From positions 1 through 59,240 of the forward strand of contig JAUCBJ010000779.1 of assembly GCA_032718475.1 (NCBI GenBank): a stretch of DNA of 59,240 nucleotides, given 5' to 3'. This DNA comes from Nemertoderma westbladi. Taxonomy: Eukaryota > Animalia > Xenacoelomorpha. A model generated the notes under the pieces. It worked only from the letters and a program-made list of their open reading frames with translations, was not told the origin of the DNA and ran no database searches. Below, in pieces: positions 1 to 10,965 of the stretch (positions are counted from its first letter, which is position 1; every line of letters starts with the position of its first letter). Made by a program: the position numbers and the translations under genes.

Positions 1-1105
1 TTTAGCCTGCTCCGCGGCTAATATCTCCGCATCTAAAGAGTCCAAATAAATTTGGCTCCTTCACTATTGGGGTGAAGTCCAGCTAGATGTCTCCTTAGCT
101 CCTTGTCACCTATAAATCATTGATAATCCAACAGATAGATGTCAATAGCATCCTTCTTCTGAGGTTTTTCGGATACCGCCTCGCTTTCTACATGGGAGAA
201 GATTGCATCTGTTGATTCTCCGTGGGCTAGTGCGTTCCGTTAGCTGAGCCTTCCATTGGGTTGTTCCCTGGACTTTAGCATTCACTCGTTGGAACCAAGT
301 CTTTACAGCCACCTGCAGCGACGTGTCTTGACTTCTCTTCGAGGCCTCTTCAAAGGCTGAAAGGATTAATCTGATCCTCAATATACGTTCTCTCAGTTGG
401 TAAAGCAGCTCTCCCCTGCTCTTGAGGTCCCTGTGGTTGTTGAAATAACTGTGTTTCTATTCGTTCCAAGGAGTTGAAGAATCCCTGGACATATCCTGCT
501 GCTGACTTCTTCCATACAGCGGGATCTCGGGTGTCCCTCACTACTCCCATTTGGTATAAGTCTTCCCAAGCAGCTTCCGATAAGTTAAACGGGAGTCTGG
601 GTCCGGGGAAGTTCCATTGAGTCTCTACAATAGACCTTAGTTCTTCCATCGGGTATCCGGCGTAACTGTCCCTGGTCGATCTCTTATTTCTCATCCAATC
701 TGCTTGATGTTCTTCTACGGCTATAAGTACTCTAGTGAGTACTGCCCCCGGAAGAATTAGAAGTGGGTCTGGATAAACCGCTTCTTCCTTCCTTGTTCCG
801 ATCTCGGGCGTTAACTCTTCGGTGTCGGAACTAGAGTTACTACGCAGTTGAGAAATAAGTTCTCGGTTCGGGTACTGTTGTTGTTTTGCAGCCATCGCTT
901 GGTCTCGCTTAACTTGGGCCCTAGTGCCGATAATAGACCTATGGTGCTTCACTAGCCTAGGGTCTGATACCACTACTGTAGGGATGACTTTTCTTACAGT
1001 AGGAGGGGACTTAGACTTTGGTCTGGGATGTTCCATAATTTGATCTGGGTCACAGATCGTTCTTTCCAAGAGACTATCTAACAGTGTTTGTTTTGTGTCA
1101 GACAT
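1..1105 (-). pseudogene. BEL/Pao gag N-terminal region, frameshifted near 380
   Basis: MSDTKQTLLDSL...WNFPGP...WKKSAAGYVQGFF matches the 43120 ORF; it continues in another frame as RIRLILSAFEE...LQVAVKTWFQRV (142..381). Confidence 0.85.
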
Positions 1106-1317
1106 AATTTATTTTACAGTTGAATGCCTACTACTATAATAACAGTTAAAGCAAGTCTAGGGGAAATCAGTATCAACTGTCAGTCTAGTAGTTGCCGATA
1201 TCGCTACTCAATGTAACGTGGTATATATTTAATATTAGAATACCGGTATACACCTTATAGTATATATATCAGGATTATTTATTACAGTACAGACTATGAT
1301 CAATCACAGAATACCGG

Positions 1318-2496
1318 TGTAACAGCGGATTCAGTCCCCCGAAGAATCGGTCCCCCCGGACCGGATCTGCTAGCGGATTTAGTCCCCCCGGACCCAATCC
1401 GCTAGCAGATTTGGTCTCCTTAGGACCAAATCTGCTAGCGGATTGGGTCCTCGTTCGCGGATTTGGTCCCCCCACTGTTATTGCAATAAATTCAAAATGC
1501 ACTGCCAGACTGCTCCGTTCCCTTCCTCATTGTCAATGGTTACAGTACTGGCAGACCGGTTATTCAGTATGTATCGTTTATTGTTCTGGTTAGAAAACCT
1601 TGTCTGTGTAACCTTCTCCTCCCCAATTTCGTAGTACGATAAATTTATTGTAATGAGGTTATAGGCCTATTGTTTTAGCCTTTTTATTATTAGAAAATAT
1701 ATCCTCCCTGCTCCCCACCTGCAAGCTAATAATATGAATGAACTGAACATGAATGAATATGAATAACTGTTACTCAGTTGGGTTTAGGTGTAACAGTTGA
1801 ACTGAATATACACACCCCCCCCCCCCCCCCCCCCCCTCCGAAAATACTATCTGTAAAACCATTTATATTAGGCCTAGGTAATTAATTCATTTAATTATTA
1901 ATTAAACGAAATGACACCAACTGACCAATGACAAACCCAACCAAAGACACCTGACAACTCGAACTACAGTATGATTATTACTGTAATAGGGACAGTACAA
2001 TATCTTCCTCCTCATCATGTAATCATCCCTCATCCATAATGAATCTATAATGTTGAAATTAGCCGCTTCCCTGAGTATAGTTCTCTTCCGCAACTTTGTT
2101 GAATTGACTGGATAGGCTATGTGTCATCTCCCGAAATATAATTATAGACGGCTTGATAAAGCTGCGTCCCATCGAAGTTGGCCATGATAGCCTACTGTAC
2201 TGATGCGACTATATCAGTATATACAGATGTGGGAATTTAATTTAACGCAGTAGCTGGTAGCTACTGCAGTTTAATCAGTCTGCAGGTCTGACCGATAATT
2301 TAATGCATAAGCTATGCTGCTATGTGCTATGTCAGTACCAGTACTGCTGCATTCAGCACTGTCTGACTGTACTGTAAAATTATAATTTAAGGGGGGACAG
2401 AATCCGCTAGCAGATTCGGTCCCACCGGACTCAATCCGCTAGCGGAATCGGTCCCCCACGGACCATATCCGCGGGGGGACAGAATCCGCTGTTACA
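1318..2496. mobile_element. Non-autonomous Ginger1-type DNA transposon (MITE)
   Basis: TIRs TGTAACAGCGGATTC...GAATCCGCTGTTACA with ~30-bp subterminal repeats (AATCCGCTAGCGGA...GGTCCCC). Flanked by CCGG at 1314-1317 and 2497-2500. The homologous empty site in element A's leader (~42825-42840) has a single ACCGGT. TGT..ACA ends with a CCGG TSD are the described Ginger1 hallmarks. Confidence 0.75.
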
Positions 2497-3776
2497 CCGG
2501 TATATAAGTTTAGCCTAATTTATATAAATATATAATAAGCTTACTATAAACACCGGTAATGTCAATTATTTAAAAATAACTGATTATCCGAATTTTAGGA
2601 ATTATTTCTCTTTACTTTATTACTGATATTAAGCAGCAGTTCAACTGATATTAACACCTAATTGATGTATAACAGGCCTACTATTTTATAAATCTGATTG
2701 AGTTGATTTATAAATATCTATATATATACCCGTAATGGGTTTTGACAATATTTGAAATAAACGTTATTATTTCTGTGTAAGAAGTCACTACACAGAGGCT
2801 GAACGCTCTCAGTGGAGTGCTACTTGTTAGACACTAATACTGACAGTAATTCTACTTAACTAAGTTACTTATCACTACAAATTACTTATGTATCGGTTGA
2901 GAATACACAATCTCTAAATAAACAATAAACAAGTTACACGTACAATTTTTTAGGGTAATTTAACAAGAAATTTACGAACCAGACTGACAAGGAGTTAGAA
3001 TTTCTGGTTCTTACAAACTGACAGGAAATTATGGTATTTGAAACCAATAAAGTAGTATTAAGTACGTTGTGTTGTCCAGATAAGGAAATGCTACCGTCTG
3101 ACGGCTTATAGTCTTACACTATAAGCACTACGTTATGTACCCGGAGTGTCCTATACCTAGAGGTTAATTATCGAAGCCAACCATCTAACAGACCTATTAA
3201 CCACGTTACAACACAAATATACTGCCTATGCACTAAATTATTTTCAGGAAAGCGCTGTACTCTAAACCCTAAATTAGGTACAAGCACTTATACAACATAT
3301 AACTAGCAGTTAAATATACGCGAACAGCCAAAAGAACCACGGTATCTGCTGGAATGACCGGAGCACAAAATCACCAGTCTGTCCTATGCCAAGCAGTCCT
3401 GAAGTAGTACCGGGGTTAATTTAACTATAACAGTATGCATAACAAGCATAATTACTGTAAAGAATAAACTTGGGGAGATGTAGGTTGCAAATACTTGCAT
3501 AAACTCTGAATAATAAATATTACGCTACCCGTACAGACTATTCAAATAAAACACAGACCAAATGCTGGCAGACTACTGTCAAGCCTAAATAAACCACAGT
3601 ATATGCAATCTCCGAAATGGTTAGTTAGTAAGCGTTCTAACTACGTAGTACGACTTATTCTTTCGTGGGGGATTTACCTTACAGCACTGGATGCCTCCAC
3701 TTTCCTAACTAGCACTTTATCGGACAGACACTCTACATATACTGCAATCGCCTCAGACATAACAACAGTTAGACAA

Positions 3777-4367
3777 TGTGACAGGATCAGGGATCCGGAC
3801 CGGGTTAATGCTCGTACGCGTCGTCGTAGGCTGATATCAGGTAACTTGGCCGAGGCTGTTAGAGAAAAATGTCTGGAGTTTGATGTTCCTTGCGTTCCAA
3901 TATAAATGTGTAATAATAGCACGGTTAATGGCTGAATATGTTATGAATGATAAACCGGTAATGGCAATATATGATGACAGCATATAACAGCACTTAGTGA
4001 CGACGGTAAGACAATGTTGCCGGTCTGCACTGAAACTGATAACTGGGTAACTGAATGACAAACCGGTATGTAGGATATAATATATGATTACTTCACTCCT
4101 ACGCTACCTTGGCCTGCTACCTAGTGGATGCTCTCCTTTGCCCTTATTGTGTTTCCCCTCTGTTGCTAGCCCATGCTAGCTGTGTCCCCTCCGAGGTGGT
4201 TTGACCTCTAACCTTCCTTTGTGTATGGCTTCGGGGATTGTACTGTCCCCCGATGTTGGTTTTTGATACGAGATTAATTATTGCTAATCTCGTATCTCCA
4301 ACATATTGCTGAAAATGCCACTATCCCATTTTATGAGGGTAATGAGGCGGAATTGAATCCTCTTACA
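3777..4367 (-). mobile_element. Solo LTR (591 bp) of the B/C BEL family, inserted in the A' leader
   Basis: Begins TGTGACAGGATCAGGGATCC (cf. 13955 TGTGACGGGATCAGGGGATCCC), shares GAGGTGGTTTGACCTCTAACC and ends ...TTACA. 5-bp TSD GACAA at 3772-3776 and 4368-4372. Confidence 0.85.
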
Positions 4368-4642
4368 GACAACAATCTGGCCTACAAATTATCTATACAA
4401 TCTGAGCAGGCTTACACGCCTTCTGCTCAATATTACACTTACCGATAAATAAAACTGACAGAAATAAGTAAACCATATAAAGGAGTAAGGAGTGATCAAT
4501 CCCTAATCCCCCAACAGCCTATAATATACAATATTTCACAATCAAATAATACTGGGTAAAGTACCGGTTCGGGTCAGGCCTACAGTTTACCGTCCGACCG
4601 GTACGTTTCGGTTTTATTGCCTACTGAGCAATAAAAGAAACA

Positions 4643-4653
4643 AAATCTATTAA
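4643..4653 (-). promoter_or_regulatory. Non-tRNA primer-binding site of A' (TTAATAGATTT), complementary to LTR segment 5409-5419
   Basis: Directly follows the LTR's terminal CA, has no TGG, and has a perfect 11-nt complement inside the LTR. Confidence 0.75.
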
Positions 4654-5760
4654 TGTTCGCGCTTTTAGACCTTTAGCTGTAGCAGTTTAACCTGCCAATT
4701 TAAATGTCTTTTTAATTATGAATCGACTTTAGCCCTTACCAATTACCTGGTGTACTGAAGTTACATCCGCCGAAGCCAGTCCGTGCGCGGCGTATGACCC
4801 ATGGTGTGGGAGACTGGATTCGGGTTCCCTAGGAAGTTATTGCGGTGTAGGCTACTTTGTATTATTCGATTGATCTCTACTATATAATCTCTGACAACTA
4901 TATTTACTTTCGGGGAAATATTAACAGTTCCTTTAGGACGTGGCGCTTTAGGTATAAAACAGAGTTATGACTTACACTAATCACAACTAGATGGCCACAG
5001 AGTATCGTAAATAGCGCATTCTTTAGGAGATGCTATATTAACCTTCACACGACTTCACACTACTTCACACTAATTCACACTAAATTGCCGACCGTCACTG
5101 ATTTTGATCATATATAAGGAAGATTGCAACTGACACACGTAGGGATTATGAAATAGCATTTAATTCACACAAAACCACTATAATTTGAGTCACAGTTGCT
5201 ACCGGTAGACCCTTCCTCTGCTTACCTCAGTAATCAAGAAAGTTGAGGGGTTTACGAATATTTGTCGGTATTCTCCCAATATAACATCCATAAATATAAA
5301 CACCAATTAACACAATATAAAACAGCATTAAAACAGTGTGGTGAACAGTCAGTAGGTGTTCATGAAGTTTAGTTTGGTCGTATATTGAGTTTGGTTTGGT
5401 GATTCAGGTTAATAGATTTACGTTCTTATAACTAAGGCCATCAGATGTTCTTGGGCCAAAGTCTGAAACGTCCGTACTTAGTACAGAATTCTGAGAGGAA
5501 TCTAATTCTCAGAAAAAGGATAACTGCGCATGCGCCAGTTTCCTCAGGTAGGTCTCTACTGGCATATCTGGGAAGATTGCTCTGATTGGCCGAATAAGCT
5601 CAAACAAAGGAATCTCCACGTACACAAAGAATCAGCTGACAGATTTCGTCATCTTGGTTCTAATTTCTGACCGACGCGTAGTTGAACAATTTTAGGGCTA
5701 TTTTAGAGTATTCCGCGCATTGCGTAAAAATGACTTGTTATGTCCGCAAAAGCTTTTACA
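4654..5760 (-). repeat. 5' LTR of element A' (1107 bp)
   Basis: On minus it starts TGTAAAAGCTT and ends GCGCGAACA, matching element A's LTR (TGTAAAAGCTT...GCGCGTACA). Internal blocks such as AGCGCCACGTCCTAAAGGAACTGTTAATATTTCCC are shared. Confidence 0.85.
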
Positions 5761-6404
5761 CCATGAAGCCGGAATTTTCGATTTTGTCTTTAAATTTTTT
5801 TATAAGCGTTTTAAAAAAGTGTCGGTTGCGAAATCGCACCCTCTGTATCGTAGCCATTCTTCACATTAGTCGTATTTTTATCATATCATTAGAAAGCTTG
5901 CGTTGCAAGGATTCCAAATATGTTACAATATCTGAACTTTGTTGAGAAACAGCTGAGATATAAGCATTCAAAGATCGCAAGAATTATTGTTCGCTGAAGG
6001 CCAATTATTCCATTAAATAAACACACAAAATTCTAGAATGTGTTGTTTATTTTATAAGTTGGTTGGCAACAGCGGTATTTCTATCCAATATCTCTATTGC
6101 GTAGCTATTCATACTTAAACAAAATGTTCCAGAACATCGTGTATTTATTTAATAAAATAGTTGGCCTTCAGCGAACAATAATTCTTGCAATCTTTGAACG
6201 CTTATATCTCAGTTGTTTCTCAACGAAATTCAGATATTGTTACATATTTGGAATCCTTGCAACGCAAGCTATCTAATTATATGACAAAAATACGACTAAT
6301 TTGAAGAATGGCTACTATACAGAGGGTGCGATTTCGCAAAAGACACTTTTTTAAAACGCTTAAAAAAAAATTTAAAGACAAAATCGACAATTCCGGCTTC
6401 ATGG
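5761..6404. mobile_element. Foldback/MITE-like long inverted repeat (~290-bp arms, ~70-bp spacer); left arm cut by A' insertion
   Basis: 5761 CCATGAAGCCGGAATT...TTTGTCTTTAAATT is the reverse complement of ...AATTTAAAGACAAAATCGACAATTCCGGCTTCATGG (ends 6404). Pairing continues inward to ~6048/6117. Confidence 0.8.
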
Positions 6405-6806
6405 GGTCATCGACGGTGAGTGGAACTACGTAGTTGTATTTCAAATTTCAAGCAATATGATAAAGATTTGTAGAAAAATCTGGGGGGGGGGGGGGGGGGG
6501 GTCCGTGTCATCAGAAAATGACACTATCTTACGGGACATGGTGTATAAAAATACTGTAATATACTGTAGGCCTAAAGAAAACTTGATTTTAATAAAGCTA
6601 CTGTAATTAGCTTATTAAAGTAATACAATCTGCCTATCAATTAATTAGTGTACCTACTGACCTACAACAACCAGCAATGTACTGTTAATTACAGTACTGT
6701 TGAACTGGTATACTACTGTGACTGTAAGTAAAAACTTTCAGTCTACGCTAATGGCTGCATGGCCTGTATTAAAGGACGCCTTGGACCAGTTCGTTGAGAA
6801 TAAATT

Positions 6807-7246
6807 CGCAATAATTTTTATTGTCCTTTTAAATCACTCATGATGTCCTTTTTTTTGACTTTTTATTTCCTCCAGAAATTTACCGTTAGGTTCCATGCTA
6901 CCGGTTTATCTACTGCTGTTCTCTCAGGCTATCAGTACCGGTATTAGTATACGCAATAATATTTATTGTCCTTTTAAATCACTATCATGATGTCCTTTTT
7001 TTTTTACTTTTTATGTCCTCTATAAATTTACCGTTAGGTTCCATGCTACCGGTTTCTCTACTGCTGTTCTATCAGGCTATCAGTACCGGTATTAGTTTAC
7101 GCAATAATATTTATGGTCCTTTTAAATCACTATCATGATGTCCTTTTTTTTGACTTTTTATGTCCTCTATAAATTTACCGTTAGGTTCCATGCTACCGGT
7201 TTCTCTACTGCTGTACTCTCAGGCTATCAGTACCGTTATTAGTATA
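6807..7246. repeat. Tandem repeat, ~146-bp unit x3
   Basis: CGCAATAAT...TTAAATCAC...CCGTTAGGTTCCATGCTACCGG recurs at 6807, 6952 and 7100. Confidence 0.9.
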
Positions 7247-7459
7247 TAGAGCACTATTTTGCAGTATTGCTGTATTGTATGTACAGATGTAGGTATAAAG
7301 CAGGTATTTTAGTACCGGTACCGGCACCGGTACTGCTGTAGGCCTACTGTGTAGCCTACCATTTAAATACGGTAATGGTAGGTCAATGATGCTGTCTCTT
7401 TAACCTGTCCCATTCCCTCAAATTTTCATGACATAGTTTATTGTTATGTTCATGACATA

Positions 7460-7985
7460 GTTTATTATTTTGGTTAGAAAATCCGCCTCTGTAACCTGCT
7501 CCTTTCCCTGAATTGGTAAAGTGACCGTTTATTGTTTTGGTTAGAAAGGCCCGCCTCTGTAACCTACTCCTTTCCTTCATTTAGTAAAGTGACTGTTTAT
7601 TTGTTTTGGTTAGAAAATCCCGCCTCTGTAACCTGCTCATTTCCCTCAATTAGTTAAGTGATCGTTTATTGTTTTGGTTAGGAAATCCCGCCTCTGTAAC
7701 CTGCTCCTTTCTCTCAATGGTAATGTTATCGTTTATTGTTTTGGTTATAAAAGACCATCTATGTAACCTGCTCCTTTCCTTCATTTGGTAAAGTGATTGT
7801 TTATTGTTTTGGTTAGAAAATCCCGCCTTGTAACCGGCTCCTTTCCCTGATTTGGTAAAGTGACCGTTTATTGTTTTGGTTAGAATGGCTAGCCTCTGTA
7901 ACCTGCTCCTTTCCTTCATTTGGTAAAGTGACTTTTTATTGTTTTGGATAGAAAATCCGGCCTTAACCTGCTCCTTTCCATCATT
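7460..7985. repeat. Tandem repeat, ~67-68-bp unit x~8
   Basis: GTTTATTGTTTTGGTTAGAAAATCCCGCCTCTGTAACCTGCTCCTTTCC...GGTAAAGTGA repeated. Confidence 0.9.
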
Positions 7986-8323
7986 TTCCGTAATTGTTTT
8001 TTGGCTATAAATTGAGTGTTTTGCTACGTGTCATGTGGTAATCGATTATCGACAACAACCACAAACTATTAAATTTAGAGTCTTTTACCACAGGCGCATA
8101 TGGAAATTTATCTCATAGTCTATAAATCGTAGAATTTTGAATGTTTTGACACAGGCATAGTGAAACCAACTGTCCTACAGACCAGAAATCAACAAATTTT
8201 GAATGTTTTGGCATAGGCATGTTGAAATCAACTGTCTGACAGTCCAGAAATCATCAGTCTGACAGTTTGAAGAAATACATACATAAAAAGTCATTAAAGG
8301 ACAACAAAAGTCATTAAAGGGAC

Positions 8324-9778
8324 TACTACTACTACTAGGATCGGCATGCTGCATTGCAGCTGCATTTTTAAGAATGCTCTGCCGGCTTGTCAACAGAATT
8401 GCACCGCCACAACTCCCTATCACACATGGCATTTGCTAGATCATCCGCATCTTCAAGGCCAGTGTCCTTTAAGATGCGTCTCAAGAAAGTCATGGGCAGT
8501 CCACCATGCTTATTCAATCCATGAGGCTGCCAAAGTACAAGATTATGCACTGGCTGGTCCTCACGGCGAAAGCAATGTCCTGCAAAGCGGAGGCGATTTT
8601 GTTCTAGTGTCAAGCTTGGGGGAACCAATGAGACACCTCCAATGTTATATAGTGTCTGGTTGGAGATGTGTGCATTGTACCTGACACAATGAACCCTGCG
8701 TAGCATTCTTGTGAATGTGCCATCCAGAGATTTGGTGTCCTCAGCAGTTAGAGCCCAGCATGGACTCCCGTAGAGGAGTACTGGAACTACTGCTGCTCTA
8801 AATAATCGGACCTTAAGTTTCCGATTAATTCTCGGTGACTTCCAAATCCTGGAAAGCCTATTCAAGGCTGCCCATGCCTTTCCCTTACATATTCGAAGGT
8901 CCTCACCTGACTTCCGGATCCATGATCCCAGGTAACAGAGGTCGTTCACATGCTCAAGCATACCATCCTTTGAGCTTATGCTCATCCGATCAGAGACTTG
9001 CTGGGGACTTTCAAAGTTAACTGTCAAAATTTTGGTCTTTCTGGAGTTAATAAAAAGACCAACACTAGAAGCAGCATGTTCTAATGAGCTGAGGAGCCGT
9101 TGGGCTCCCTCTGGTGATTCTGAGAGTTCTCCTAAGTCATCAGCAAAGTCTAGATCAGTTAGGTACTTAGCAGGATTTCCTCGACTTCTGGAGCCAGTAG
9201 GTGGAGTTATCATCACCCCATCATCATTATGATGATCTAAAGACATGCGTAGAACATAGTCAACCACAATAATGAACAAGAATGGTGCAAGTGTGTCTCC
9301 TTGGAGGACGCCCCATAACACTTCAAATGGTTCTGGGTCACCGTCAACAGTAGACACAAATGTTGTCGAACCATCGTATACTAATCTGATTGCTGCAATA
9401 ATTTCATCAGGAATCCCATATAATGAAAGTATGCTGAACATACGTGAGTGAGAGACTGAATCAAAGGCCTTGAAGAAGTCAACAAAGATAACAGCCATAT
9501 GCAGCTGTCTTTCTTTTTTGATAATTCTTCAATTATCCTTCTAAGTGCAAAATGGGCTCCATGGTTCCACGACCTTTACGGAACCCATTCTGATTTCCAC
9601 GGAGCAGTCTCTCAATGGGATCCCTGATGCGATTTAATAGAATCCTATTGTATAGCTTTGCAGCAATCGAGATCAATGAGATTCCCCGAAAAGAACCATA
9701 GAGTGTTAGGTTGCCCTTCTTGGGAACTGGCACCAACTTATTTGTTTTCATTTCTTGTGGGACTCTTGTTGTTCGGTA
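8324..9778 (-). mobile_element. 5'-truncated non-LTR retrotransposon (RTE-like LINE), RT C-terminal half
   Basis: RT motifs (RGISLISIAAKLYN, QNGFRKGRGT, FVDFFKAFDSV, GVLQGDTLAPFLF, DFADD, YLGS, RLRFAGH). 3' (TAG)n tail at ~8324-8337. 11-bp TSD ATTAAAGGGAC at 8313-8323 and 9779-9789. Confidence 0.9.
8368..9770 (-). pseudogene. LINE reverse transcriptase fragment (frameshift near 9530)
   Basis: ORFs 8368..9498 and the RT part of 9533..9862. Confidence 0.88.
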
Positions 9779-10965
9779 ATTAAAGGGACAACAAAAGTCA
9801 TTATGCACAATTCGTAAAAAAAGGAGGACAAAAAAGTCAAATAAAAGGACATAAAAAATCACTGCCGAATAAATTGATATTCAACCAACTCGTTCTTTTT
9901 TACCGCATCGGCGTCATTTCCCCTGATTGATAATTGACGGCAACCTGCACAATATACATTGTCAATGTGAATGAAATCCATCGGGTGAGGTCTACATTTT
10001 ATTTCGTGCTATTGTGAATTATATAATACTGTATGTACTGTATAACATGACGCATTGCGGCAAAATCTTCACTTCTTGTCACTTTCTGACTTTACCCAGA
10101 AACATCAGCGGCCAGAGAGATCGTAGAACGCAAATCGATTAACTTTCCACTTACTTGGCACTCACTTTCCAACACATCCTGACTCTCAAACATTCTTACT
10201 GCTGACACTGCCGCCACCGCATACTACAGTAGCATCCCAATAAGGCATTGCCAATTTCATAATAGCATATACGCCTAATATACTGTAATACTGTAGCATC
10301 AACTTTTGAATTAGGATGCATATATCCCATATGCAACAACAGCAGGGTCGGATTAAGGACATGGCGGCCCGGGTGCACTTTTCCACAGCCCCCCCCCCCC
10401 CCACCCCGTTTGTATCTGTGTTATGCATTGCGGCATAACAGAGCTTTTTTTTTACAAATTTAAGTTTGAGCGACAAAGTGAAAAATCCAGTCTAAAATCA
10501 AGTCCAGTCCATTTCAAAATTATATAATATATATAATTATATGACATTACAAATAAAACATTATTAATAAATTAAAACTAGTTTCACTAATTCCTTAAAA
10601 AATTAAAGTAGTAAAATGTATTAGCCGCAAATATATACTTTTTTAAATATTATTAACAACACAGTTGCAGTTACAATACTAAATACTACTGATTAATACG
10701 TCCATAAACGCAAGCCATGAAAAATAATACTACTACTGTATAGTATAATATATTATAAGTGAGAATAAAGATAATCCTAAAAGTCTATGGTCTACCCTAA
10801 AATATTTAGGTTATATAAACCTTAAATCTAAATCGAATATTGTTCTGCAAGATAACGGTGAGCTGATTCATAATCATACTCTAGTTAGTAATTTATTTAA
10901 TAATTATTTTACTAATGTTGCCTCTACTGTAATTTAGTTAAGAAGTTACTGTTATCAAGTAATAA

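Larger units (their letters stand above)
1..5760 (-). mobile_element. BEL/Pao LTR retrotransposon A' (5' half: LTR, long leader, gag N-terminus; runs off the window start)
   Basis: The gag N-terminus (350..1105) is clearly homologous to ORF 43120..44232 of element A. Leader 2500-4650 aligns in reverse complement with 40886-43119. LTR termini match element A's LTR termini. Confidence 0.9.
6785..9893. mobile_element. Putative non-autonomous DNA transposon with imperfect TIRs and internal tandem arrays; host of the LINE fragment
   Basis: The left end (GTTCGTTGAGAATAAATT...TGTCCTTTT...TGACTTTTTATTTCCTCC) resembles the reverse complement of ~9820-9893. TSD not identified. Confidence 0.4.

Noticed and set aside
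6807-7985. CRISPR-like arrays (also 30240-30620 and 35870-36560)
   Set aside because: Units are wholly repeated with no unique spacers, the context is eukaryotic and no cas genes are present.
10343-10410. hAT-like terminus CAGGGTCGGATT...
   Set aside because: No matching second end or TSD found in the window.
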